Origin: a bacterium
Lineage (GTDB): Bacteria; UBA8248
Reading direction: 5' to 3'
DNA: 64,000 nucleotides
Assembly: GCA_963692865.2 (NCBI GenBank)
Contig: OY843592.1
Coordinates: 2,304,001-2,368,000, forward strand
Both the position numbers and the translations under genes were made by a program. The notes under the pieces are model-generated. The model was not told where the DNA came from. It saw only the letters and a list, made by a program, of their open reading frames with translations, and ran no database searches. Position 1 is the first letter of the stretch. Each line of letters begins with the position of its first letter. Of the stretch, positions 1-8,663 are shown one piece after another.

Positions 1-963
1 GCGGATATTTCCTTCAAGGGGCTGGGTGAAGTTTCAAGGCTTGGCGAAGATTTGGGATACGATCGCGTCTATACGACGGAATCCCTCACGGATACCCTGG
101 CCATCAATCAACTGATGGCGACATACACTTCCAGGATTGAAATCGGAAGTTCGGTAGCCATCATCTACTTGCGCCATGCCTCCATGGCGGCGCAAGGCGC
201 AGCGGCGATCAGCGAGATCTCCGGCGGACGCTATATTCTGGGCCTCGGGCTCGGGCACCCGCCCCGGATCCGAGCGATGGGGATAGAACCGGGAAATCCC
301 ATAGAGGATATGCGCAACTATGTGAGCGAGGTCAGGGGCGTCCTGGAGGGCGAGTCCGTATATCCCCTGCCCGTTCAGACCTACCAGGGAGAAGAGTTGA
401 AATTCAGACGTTCGCGGTACCCGGTTCGAATATACATGGCGGCCGTAGGCCCCAAGATGACGGCGCTCGGCGGAGAAATCGCCGATGGGTTGTTGCCGTA
501 CATGGTACCGCTTTCGAGAATGGACGCCTATCTGGAGGCGAGGGATGCAGGAGCGAAACGGGCGGGTAGAAATCCCCGTGACGTCAAAATCGACCTTGGA
601 ATACATACTTTCTTGAGCGATGACCTCGCCATCGCCAGAGAAGCCGCCCGTAAAACCCTGACGTATTGGCTGGGACTCCCCGCCTACAACAACTCGATTC
701 GAGAAAGCGGCTATGAGCAAGAGGCTGAAAACATAAAAGCAGCTTTCGAGCGTGGGGATCAAAAGGGTTTGAGAGATGGAATCAAAGACGACATCATCGA
801 TGAGTTCTGTCTTGTCGGCCCACCGGAGAGGTGCCGTGAACGGCTGACCGCTTTCCTGGAGGCCGGGGTGGATATGCCCTCCTTGATGATAGACCCCGTG
901 TTGGCAGGGGAAAGCTATCAAGATGCCGTCGAGCGCACACTAAAAGCCCTGGCTCCGAGGTAA
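1..963 (+). CDS. LLM-class (luciferase-like) flavin/F420-dependent oxidoreductase, 5'-truncated by window edge
   Basis: Frame is open from base 1. Motifs GYDRVYTTE, TSRIEIGSSV, SGGRYILGLGLGH, IYMAAVGPKM..GGEIADG and LVGPPE are typical of the LLM family. Confidence 0.85.
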   Translation, partial: ADISFKGLGEVSRLGEDLGYDRVYTTESLTDTLAINQLMATYTSRIEIGSSVAIIYLRHASMAAQGAAAISEISGGRYILGLGLGHPPRIRAMGIEPGNPIEDMRNYVSEVRGVLEGESVYPLPVQTYQGEELKFRRSRYPVRIYMAAVGPKMTALGGEIADGLLPYMVPLSRMDAYLEARDAGAKRAGRNPRDVKIDLGIHTFLSDDLAIAREAARKTLTYWLGLPAYNNSIRESGYEQEAENIKAAFERGDQKGLRDGIKDDIIDEFCLVGPPERCRERLTAFLEAGVDMPSLMIDPVLAGESYQDAVERTLKALAPR

Positions 964-965
964 AA

Positions 966-2177
966 TTGAACAATAACCCTGAAACTGCGAAGAAGCCGTC
1001 TTTCCGGACTTTGCCCTGGACAGGAACAGGCATCATTTTTTTTGCGCACTTTGTGGTCGATAGCCAGGCGAATTTCTTTGCGCCTCTGGTTCCACTACTA
1101 AAAGAAAAATTGGGACTAAGCCTCACGACAATCGGATTCTTGATTTCATGCCAGGTGATGAGCGGCTCCATCACGCAACCCATTACCGGCGTCGTAATCG
1201 ACAGGTGGCCGTGGCTGCCCTGGCTTACTGTAGGCCTGATCGGAAGTTCCATCGCCTTTACTGCAATCGGATGGGTGACGAGCGTCTATGGCCTGGCCGC
1301 CGCCGTAATCACGGGTGGCATTCTTTTTGGTTTATGTCATCCGGATATGGCCGCTCGAGCCGGCAGGCTGAGTTCCGAGCATGCCGGCTTTATCGTCAGC
1401 CTGTTCGTTACAGCAGGAAGGCTGGGTTTTGCTCTTGGCCCGTTGATTGCCATCTTCATCGCGGAAACGTTGGGAATGGAGCATTTGTGGGTGTTCATCC
1501 TTGTGGCGGTGCTCGCGATGGCGGGTGTGAAATTGGGGATGCCGGCTCCGCCCCAGAGAAAGAAAAAAGATGAAAAAGCGCTCGAACGGGAAGGATTGGT
1601 CGCGTCGCTTAAGCATGTCCGTGGACCTATACTTCTCCTGTTCGGCATCGCTGCCGTCAGGGGAACGACTTTGGCGAATTTGGGGGGATTCTTGCCCGCG
1701 ATATTTGTCGAAAAAGGTTTGGGGCTTTGGCGCGGCGGCATGGCCAATACGGTCATTTTTTTCTCGGGCGCCATCGGCGTGATGCTCGGGGGCATTATGG
1801 GTGACAGGTACGGGAAGCCCAAGGTGATTACCATCGGCGCTGGATGCGCCTTGGCCGGTATGGTGGCGTTTCAGTTGTCTTCTTTGGAGTGGGCCTATAT
1901 ATCTCTCGCAATCATTGGCGCAGGGGTTTTTGTGCCGATGGGGGTATCCGTTGCCTTGGCGCAAGAATATTTGCCCGAACACCGGGGGTTTGCAAGTTCA
2001 TTAATACTGGGTAGTGGTTGGATATTTGCCGGACTAACGGCGATTCCCCTCTCGTTGCTTGGGGAGAGAATCGGAATGTTGAATGCTTTTTGGACACTTC
2101 CGGTTGTTTTGTTTGTGGGCTTGGTCCTGGCTTTGTCCTTGCAAAGACGAGATTCTGAGCCGGAACCTACTACCTGA
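966..2177 (+). CDS. MFS transporter (Fsr-like)
   Basis: About 12 hydrophobic segments; AHFVVD, QPITGVVIDR, GFALGP and GGIMGDRYG MFS motifs; starts 2 nt after the LLM stop. Confidence 0.85.
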   Translation: MNNNPETAKKPSFRTLPWTGTGIIFFAHFVVDSQANFFAPLVPLLKEKLGLSLTTIGFLISCQVMSGSITQPITGVVIDRWPWLPWLTVGLIGSSIAFTAIGWVTSVYGLAAAVITGGILFGLCHPDMAARAGRLSSEHAGFIVSLFVTAGRLGFALGPLIAIFIAETLGMEHLWVFILVAVLAMAGVKLGMPAPPQRKKKDEKALEREGLVASLKHVRGPILLLFGIAAVRGTTLANLGGFLPAIFVEKGLGLWRGGMANTVIFFSGAIGVMLGGIMGDRYGKPKVITIGAGCALAGMVAFQLSSLEWAYISLAIIGAGVFVPMGVSVALAQEYLPEHRGFASSLILGSGWIFAGLTAIPLSLLGERIGMLNAFWTLPVVLFVGLVLALSLQRRDSEPEPTT

Positions 2178-2404
2178 ACAAAATAAGTCGAAACGGGTTG
2201 GAGACTTCCCAGGAATGGAAAATGAAAGAGGGATATCTGGAGCATAGTGGGATGCATTTTTGCTTCAAGCTATGATATCTTTTGCCCATTCATGGAATGT
2301 ATGGGAATTTGAAGGTTGGAACTTGCTTCACGATAGTGGGATGCCAATCTTTAGGTTTCATTCGTGGATGCCTTCGGGCCAATGAATCTCAGGAGGATTA
2401 TGTA

Positions 2405-3400
2405 ATGAATCGAAGAAGTATGTTTCTTGTTGTCGCCATAGCCGTAGCGGGAGTTCTATTCACGGTATTTTCCGCTCATGCCGCGCCGTTCCGAATCGGC
2501 CACCATCGCGCCGTCATGGGGTCCGTAACCGCCGTGGCCTACAAGATGGGCTATTTCGATCAGACCATCGGCAAGGGCAAGTATACGGTCAAGCAGTTCC
2601 CTCAGGGCAAGCTGATGCGCCAGGCGATTTTGGCGAACTCTCTCGACGTCGGCGGCGCCGCGGACCGCGCTTTCCTCTCCGCCATATCGAAAGGCGCGAA
2701 CGCGCCCGGCATCGCGAACGCCAACTACTGGTGCAAGTCGAACAAAATTCTCACCTCCCCGAAATCGCCCATCAAGACCCTGCACGACATGAAGGGGAAA
2801 AGGCTCGGCATCGGGAAGGCCACGGGCTCTTATTTCACGCTCACCACCTTCATTCTGCCGAAATACGGCTTGACGGAAAAAGATTTCACGACCGTGAACA
2901 TGAACACCGATACCCGCATGGCCGCGCTCAAATCCCGCACGGTCGACATGATCGGCCTGAACAACCCGCAGGCCGCCATCGCCATAGACAGGGGATGGGC
3001 GCGCACAGTCGAAACGTATTGCAAGTATGCGAACAACCTGTGGATTTTGTTTGCGAACGGTAAAACCCTGAAGAAAGACAGGGACGTCTACGTGAAGTTC
3101 CTGCGGGGTTACATTCGGGGCATGAAACTGCACAGGGACAATCGCGATAAATTTGTGGACGTGTACCTGAGCCACCTGCAATCGAAGGGTTCGAAGATCA
3201 AGCGGAAAATCGTGCAGGCGTCCGTTGCTGATTTGGAGTTTGGCCTTCTCCCGAACGAGACGGATTACAAGTGGTTCGATTTCATGGGCAAGGTGCTCTT
3301 GGAGAAACGCAAGGCGAAGCGCGTGGTCGACCTACGCAAGGAAGGCATGGACCTGAGTATGATAAGAGAGGCCATGGCAGCTGAAGGATGGAAAAATTAG
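2405..3400 (+). CDS. ABC transporter substrate-binding protein, SsuA/TauA/NMT1-like
   Basis: AGGAGG RBS before ATG 2405; signal peptide ending SAHA; SPIKTLHDMKGKRLG and AALKSRTVD motifs. Confidence 0.8.
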   Translation: MNRRSMFLVVAIAVAGVLFTVFSAHAAPFRIGHHRAVMGSVTAVAYKMGYFDQTIGKGKYTVKQFPQGKLMRQAILANSLDVGGAADRAFLSAISKGANAPGIANANYWCKSNKILTSPKSPIKTLHDMKGKRLGIGKATGSYFTLTTFILPKYGLTEKDFTTVNMNTDTRMAALKSRTVDMIGLNNPQAAIAIDRGWARTVETYCKYANNLWILFANGKTLKKDRDVYVKFLRGYIRGMKLHRDNRDKFVDVYLSHLQSKGSKIKRKIVQASVADLEFGLLPNETDYKWFDFMGKVLLEKRKAKRVVDLRKEGMDLSMIREAMAAEGWKN

Positions 3401-3420
3401 CTTTTTCATTGAAATAGAAT

Positions 3421-3463
3421 AAAGAGCCGCGGCCAGCAACACTGGCCGCGGCTCTTTTATTTT
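3421..3463. terminator. Bidirectional intrinsic terminator
   Basis: Perfect 16-bp inverted repeat AAAGAGCCGCGGCCAG / CTGGCCGCGGCTCTTT with T-rich tail, between convergent genes. Confidence 0.85.
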
Positions 3464-3535
3464 GCTCTGCCGAATTAGGAATCAGCGATTTCGTATCACT
3501 TGATCGTTTGCTTGTATCGGTGGATGTGAGAAAAG

Positions 3536-4192
3536 CTAGGGTTGTTTAACGACCCGAATATATGGAAGCGGCGATTCCCAACCCTCCGGGTATTTCTTCT
3601 TCGCATCCTCATCCGAAACGGCCGGCAAAATGATCACATTTTCCCCCTGTTGCCAGTTTGCCGGGGTCGCTACCTGTTCACTTGCCGTCAACTGGCAGGA
3701 GTCCAGCAGCCTCAGGATTTCACTGAAATTCCGTCCCGTGCTCATCGGATAGGTGAGTGTCGCCTTGATACGCTTATCCGGGCCAATTACGAACACCGAG
3801 CGGGCCGTCGCATTATCTGCAGGCGTCCGTCCTTCGGAGGTATCGCCCGCATCGGCAGGCAACATGTCGAAAGACTTGACGATTGCAAGCTCGGGGTCGC
3901 CAATCAGCGGGTAATTCACGGCATGGCCCTGAGAAGCTTCGATATCTTTCGACCATTTTTCATGATCGGAAACCCCGTCGACGCTGATGCCGATCACTTT
4001 GCAGTTTCTTTTGTCGAATTCGGGCTTAAGCCCGGCCATCGTCCCCAGTTCCGTAGTGCAGACCGGCGTAAAGTCCTTTGGGTGTGAAAATATGATGGCC
4101 CAGCCATCGCCAATCCATTCATGAAAATTGATGGGACCTTGGGTCGTGTCTGCGGAAAAATCTGGTGCTTCATCATTGATTCTTAAAGTCAT
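3536..4192 (-). CDS. 1-Cys peroxiredoxin (Prx6 family)
   Basis: FSHPKDFTPVCTTE, YPMSTGRNF and ATPANW motifs. Confidence 0.95.
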   Translation of the reverse strand: MTLRINDEAPDFSADTTQGPINFHEWIGDGWAIIFSHPKDFTPVCTTELGTMAGLKPEFDKRNCKVIGISVDGVSDHEKWSKDIEASQGHAVNYPLIGDPELAIVKSFDMLPADAGDTSEGRTPADNATARSVFVIGPDKRIKATLTYPMSTGRNFSEILRLLDSCQLTASEQVATPANWQQGENVIILPAVSDEDAKKKYPEGWESPLPYIRVVKQP

Positions 4193-4267
4193 TATCGTCT
4201 CCTTGCATTAAGAATGAAAGAAAACTACAAATTTCTGTGCACTAGAATTCCATCGGTAAGCATTCAT

Positions 4268-4341
4268 TGGCTGGGGGAGGAGGATTCGAACCTCCGTACC
4301 CAGATCCAGAGTCTGGTGTCCTGCCGCTAGACGATCCCCCA
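4268..4341 (-). tRNA. tRNA-Gln (anticodon CTG)
   Basis: Reverse complement TGGGGGATCGTCTAGCGGCAGGACACCAGACT-CTG-GATCTGGGTACGGAGGTTCGAATCCTCCTCCCCCAGCCA gives a cloverleaf with TTCGAA T-loop and encoded CCA. Confidence 0.95.
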
Positions 4342-4403
4342 AAATGACCTAGATGTTTATATGTATGAGTTCTTTATTCGTCAAGGACGATGGGCGAAAA
4401 CAT

Positions 4404-5813
4404 TTATTGATTTGCTTTGGCCAGAGCCGCGTCGAGACGGTGGAGGCTTCTGTCTTTTCCAAGAAGGCTGAGCGTCTCAAAGATGCCGGGGCTGATTGTG
4501 CCGCCCGTAATGGCGACGCGCACGGGTTGCGCCAGTTTGCCGAGTTTTACGGCCTCTTCTTCCATAACGTGATGAAAAGCCGATTTGACGTTTTCGGATG
4601 AAAACGTATCGATTTTACTCAACTCATTCCGGAGTTTTTGCATCAGCCCCGAGCTCTCCGAAGTCAGGAATTTCGAAGCCGCCTTCTCGTCCAGTTCGAC
4701 TTCATTTTCAAAGAAAAAACGAGCGCCTTCTATCATATCCGCCAAGGTATTCGAGCGCGTTCTGAGTTCATCCACAATGCCTTCTCGAGTTCTGTGTGAG
4801 AGAATATCCGGCGATAGACCCTGTGCTCTGAGGCCCGCATCGAGCGAGGCAACGAGAAAATCGCCATCGGCCGATTTGATGTATTCCTGATTCAGCCACA
4901 ATAGCTTTTCCGGGTTGTAGACGGCGGCGGATCTGTTCAAATTTTCCAAGGAAAAATTGGCGATAATCTCATCTTTGGAGAAAATTTCCTGGTCTCCGTG
5001 ACTCCAGCCGAGCCGAACGAGATAGTTGATCAGCGCTTCAGGGAGATAGCCGCGCTCTTTATATTCCAGTACCGAATCTGCGCCATGGCGTTTTGATAGT
5101 CTTTTTTTGTCGGGTCCCAATATCATCGATATGTGCGCGAATTTTGGCGTCATTTCCTTCAGGGCCTGATAGACAAGAAGCTGTTTTGGGGTATTGGAGA
5201 GGTGGTCGTTACCGCGTATGACATGGGATATCTTCATATCGATGTCGTCGATGGCCACGCAGAAATTGTACGTAGGCGTCCCATCGGTGCGAACAATGAC
5301 CATATCGTCGAGTTGTGAGTTTTCAAACACTACCTCCCCAGCGAGGATGTCGTCGACAATCGTCTCCCCGACATCCGGCGCCTGGAGACGCAGACAAAAC
5401 GGGACATCTGGGTCTTTTTCGTACCGACCCCGGCAGGTCCCGTCATATTTCGGCGTTTTCCCCTCGGCGCGAGCACGTTCACGCATGGCGTTCACCTCCT
5501 CCGGAGTGCATGTGCATCTATAGGCGGCGCCGGATGAGAGCAGTTTATCGGCCGCTTCTTTGTAGAGAGCCATGCGCCGGGACTGACGATACGGGCCTTC
5601 GTCCCATTCGAGGCCCAGCCAGTCGAACGCCTTCAGAATCGCATCGTAGTATTCTTCCGTAGAACGTTGCCGGTCGGTATCTTCGATTCTCAAGATACCC
5701 GTGCCCGCGTGATGTTTCGCAAAAAACCAATTGAACAACGCGGTTCGCGCGCCGCCGATATGGAGGTGGCCCGTGTTGGACGGGGCAAAGCGGACTCGGA
5801 TGTCGGCATTCAT
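4404..5813 (-). CDS. gltX: Glutamate--tRNA ligase
   Basis: RVRFAPSNTGHLHIGG (HIGH), LRIEDTD, HVIRGNDH, RLSKRHG (KMSKS), PVRVAITG. Confidence 0.97.
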   Translation of the reverse strand: MNADIRVRFAPSNTGHLHIGGARTALFNWFFAKHHAGTGILRIEDTDRQRSTEEYYDAILKAFDWLGLEWDEGPYRQSRRMALYKEAADKLLSSGAAYRCTCTPEEVNAMRERARAEGKTPKYDGTCRGRYEKDPDVPFCLRLQAPDVGETIVDDILAGEVVFENSQLDDMVIVRTDGTPTYNFCVAIDDIDMKISHVIRGNDHLSNTPKQLLVYQALKEMTPKFAHISMILGPDKKRLSKRHGADSVLEYKERGYLPEALINYLVRLGWSHGDQEIFSKDEIIANFSLENLNRSAAVYNPEKLLWLNQEYIKSADGDFLVASLDAGLRAQGLSPDILSHRTREGIVDELRTRSNTLADMIEGARFFFENEVELDEKAASKFLTSESSGLMQKLRNELSKIDTFSSENVKSAFHHVMEEEAVKLGKLAQPVRVAITGGTISPGIFETLSLLGKDRSLHRLDAALAKANQ

Positions 5814-5990
5814 CGAGAATTTATCCTCTATCCTTTATCTCTCTATTGAGGGTTCGATGCAATAGGGGAAGATTCTAGGGAGGAGAGGCGGGTGATTGCA
5901 AGACGGATCTGGTCATGCCCTTGTGATCGAAACCTGAAAAGTCAACAATCGGAAAATCGGTTCGAAACGAAAACAAAAAGGAGCGGACAG

Positions 5991-6320
5991 ATGCAATACT
6001 TCTATGATCTGGCGGAAATTGAACCGCAAAAGATGCCGGGGAGAGAGCGCAGGCTCGTCGTCGGTGAGAAGGTGATGATGTTGTATATAGAAAGAGAGGG
6101 AGGAACGGAGCAGGAGCATAGTCATGATGTGGAGCAACTCGTATATCTCATAAAAGGCGAAGCTACATTTACGGTTGCCGGTGAAACGCGCAAAGTCAAG
6201 GCAGGCCAGGTCGTCCATATTCCCAAAGGTGTGCCGCATCGGCTGGATGCGCCAACGCCCATTACGTATATAGGCGTATATTCCCCATTGCGTGAGGAGG
6301 CGATTCGAGCGGAAGCGTGA
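5991..6320 (+). CDS. Cupin domain protein
   Basis: AAGGAG RBS; HSHDVEQLVYLIKG and HIPKGVPH cupin motifs. Confidence 0.85.
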   Translation: MQYFYDLAEIEPQKMPGRERRLVVGEKVMMLYIEREGGTEQEHSHDVEQLVYLIKGEATFTVAGETRKVKAGQVVHIPKGVPHRLDAPTPITYIGVYSPLREEAIRAEA

Positions 6321-6354
6321 GCATCGCCAGCATTAGGTTCTGGAGACTCTTTAT

Positions 6355-6750
6355 TCAGTCGGGGCAGGTCCAGCCCTCGTCTTCGAGTTCATCCATCGCT
6401 TCGAGCATGCATGTGACACCATAAGTGAGCACCTTGGAACCCGCCGGATTGACGCAGACCATGAGGGCCTCTGCGATTTCCTCGGGGTGCAAACCCAGTT
6501 TGAGGCCTTTTTTTAGATGTTGCTTGAGATGTGGCTGGTTGTGCGGGTTCGAACCCTCAACGGCGAGGGCCAGGATATGAAAGAGTTCGTGCATCGCTTC
6601 ATTGAACCTTCTCTCTTTCGCACGAATGATTTCGTCGAGATGCAAGAGTGCTTCCATGTAGTCGGGGAATTTTTCGGCAATGAATTCATGGGCCGGGTAT
6701 CTGCGTCCTCTACGTTCTGCGATTTGTTCTGCTAAGGTTTTTTCTGGCAT
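6355..6750 (-). CDS. Carboxymuconolactone decarboxylase (CMD)-family protein
   Basis: Helical protein with ELFHILALA...HLKKGLKLGLHPEEIAEAL...PAG pattern; no CxxC. Confidence 0.7.
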   Translation of the reverse strand: MPEKTLAEQIAERRGRRYPAHEFIAEKFPDYMEALLHLDEIIRAKERRFNEAMHELFHILALAVEGSNPHNQPHLKQHLKKGLKLGLHPEEIAEALMVCVNPAGSKVLTYGVTCMLEAMDELEDEGWTCPD

Positions 6751-6771
6751 GATGCACCTCTGTCTGGAAAG

Positions 6772-7137
6772 TCATTCCATCTCGTCAAAAAAATCCAGAT
6801 CATCCAATGGTTTTTTCTGGCCTTGCAGCGTGTCGAGCAGTACTTTCCTGAGTGCGCGGATGGCGCGATTTCTGGCCTGGCGGTCAATCATTTCGTAGAC
6901 GATTTCCGTGGCTTCGTCGTTTTGGGCGTCCAGTATTCTTCGAGAAGATTGCTCCGCCCATTCGTCAGCGTACCTCTGAAGAACTTGGCGCAAACTCGCC
7001 TCGTATATTCTGTCTTGCGTAATACGGTCGAGAATGTGGACGATGTCCGACGCGAAGGCATCGACCGTTTCTCTGGAAACGTCGACTTCACCAAGATGAA
7101 ACATCAGTCTTTGATAGACTTGTTCGCGAAAATCCAA
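6772..7137 (-). CDS. Hypothetical helical protein
   Basis: 121-aa ORF with GGAG RBS, co-oriented between the MFS and CMD genes; no recognised family. Confidence 0.65.
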   Translation of the reverse strand: MDFREQVYQRLMFHLGEVDVSRETVDAFASDIVHILDRITQDRIYEASLRQVLQRYADEWAEQSSRRILDAQNDEATEIVYEMIDRQARNRAIRALRKVLLDTLQGQKKPLDDLDFFDEME

Positions 7138-7211
7138 GTCAACTCCGGAAAATTGCCCAATGAGACGAGACGATCAACTTATCGCGCTTTTCGCAATCGA
7201 GAGCGAACGCA

Positions 7212-8507
7212 TCATCTCCTCTGGCTTCGAAGAGCCGATTTCTTGGCTTCCGGCGTTAGCCACAACAAAACACCACCTGCCACAAAAAAGACGAGTACGG
7301 ATAATATCGCCGTCCTCTGCTCTCCGGTGAGTGCGGAAACGCCCCCGAAAACAAGAGGGCCCAGAACGGAACTCATTTTGCCGCAAATGCCATAAAACGA
7401 AAATGATTGCGCGGATTTTTTTTCAGGGATGTAGCTTGCCATCAGGGCGCGGCTTGCCGATTGACTGGACCCCAGGGAAAGTCCCGCCAGCAGCGAGACG
7501 CCCAGGAAGACATATTTCGTGTCGGTGAAATAGGCCACGATGACGACTACGCACCAATTCACCAAAGTCAACAGAATCGTCTTCTTCGGTCCCCAGGCGT
7601 CCACCAAATACCCGAGCACAAACGCACCGACTCCGGCCGAAACTTGAACCATGATAAACAGGCCTAACACTTCGCCCATGGTGAATTTAAGCGTAGATAC
7701 CGCATAGATCGAACTGAAAGATATAACGGTGACAATTCCGTCGTTATAGAGGAAAAAAGCGATCAGAAACTTGAGTGCACCCGGTGTTTTTCTCGTGTCT
7801 TTCAGGGTATTCCATAGTTCGGCGAAAGCGCCATTCTCGTATAATTTTGTGGATATTGGTTTGGTTTCTCGGAGCCAGAAAATGATCGGAAGCGTGAATA
7901 AACCGTAAAACACGGCAACCGCAACGAAACTCATGCGGAACAAGGGAAGATTTTCCGGCGAAAATCCTCTCGCCAACAAAGGTTTGACCAAAAAAAGACA
8001 AAGCAATCCGCCCAGGTACCCAAGTCCCCAGCCCCATCCGCTGACCTTCCCGATGGTTTTTGGTGTAGAGACGTCGGGCAAGAAAGAGTTGTAAAAAATG
8101 AGAGAACTTTCGAATGCGGCGGTGGCGATGATGAAAAGCGCCATGCCGACGAAAATCATATCGGCTTTTACATTCGCGAGAAGAGCGGTGGCCAATACGC
8201 AAATATAGGCGAAGAGGATTAAAAAGCGTTTCCGGGCACTTCGCCTGTCGGCGACCGCGCTCAAAGGCGGAGTGATGGTCACGCTTAAAATCATGGCTAT
8301 GGAGATTGATACCCCCCATAAGAAATCTCCACTCCCACCGCCGCCGGCTACGATTGTTTTGAAATAGACGCTATACGCAACCGTAACGATGAGTGTCGGA
8401 AAGGCGGAGTTTGCAAAATCGTACATACACCAGGAAAAGACTTCCCGACCTCGATTCGACTTCAGATTGTGAGGGTTTATATTTGGGCTTTCGTGACTTT
8501 TCTTCAT
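7212..8507 (-). CDS. MFS transporter (UMF1/ATG22-like)
   Basis: SWCMYDFANSAF, GKVSGWGWGLGYLGG, FLYNDG and QSASRAL motifs. Confidence 0.9.
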   Translation of the reverse strand: MKKSHESPNINPHNLKSNRGREVFSWCMYDFANSAFPTLIVTVAYSVYFKTIVAGGGGSGDFLWGVSISIAMILSVTITPPLSAVADRRSARKRFLILFAYICVLATALLANVKADMIFVGMALFIIATAAFESSLIFYNSFLPDVSTPKTIGKVSGWGWGLGYLGGLLCLFLVKPLLARGFSPENLPLFRMSFVAVAVFYGLFTLPIIFWLRETKPISTKLYENGAFAELWNTLKDTRKTPGALKFLIAFFLYNDGIVTVISFSSIYAVSTLKFTMGEVLGLFIMVQVSAGVGAFVLGYLVDAWGPKKTILLTLVNWCVVVIVAYFTDTKYVFLGVSLLAGLSLGSSQSASRALMASYIPEKKSAQSFSFYGICGKMSSVLGPLVFGGVSALTGEQRTAILSVLVFFVAGGVLLWLTPEAKKSALRSQRR

Positions 8508-8663
8508 ATAGGCACTTTATGGGAATAGAGAAGAATTGTAATACAAACATCAGAAGAAATAAAAAACCAATATTTTCTAATATATAATATCAGGTAGTGG
8601 CATGAAATCTGAAATGTTTTATGCTTCGAGAGCCGCCTTCTTGTTTTCCGCGATGGGTTCTCT

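Noticed and set aside
4268-4341. tRNA-Gln as an integration site (att)
   Set aside because: No integrase nearby and no duplicated tRNA 3' end seen in the window.
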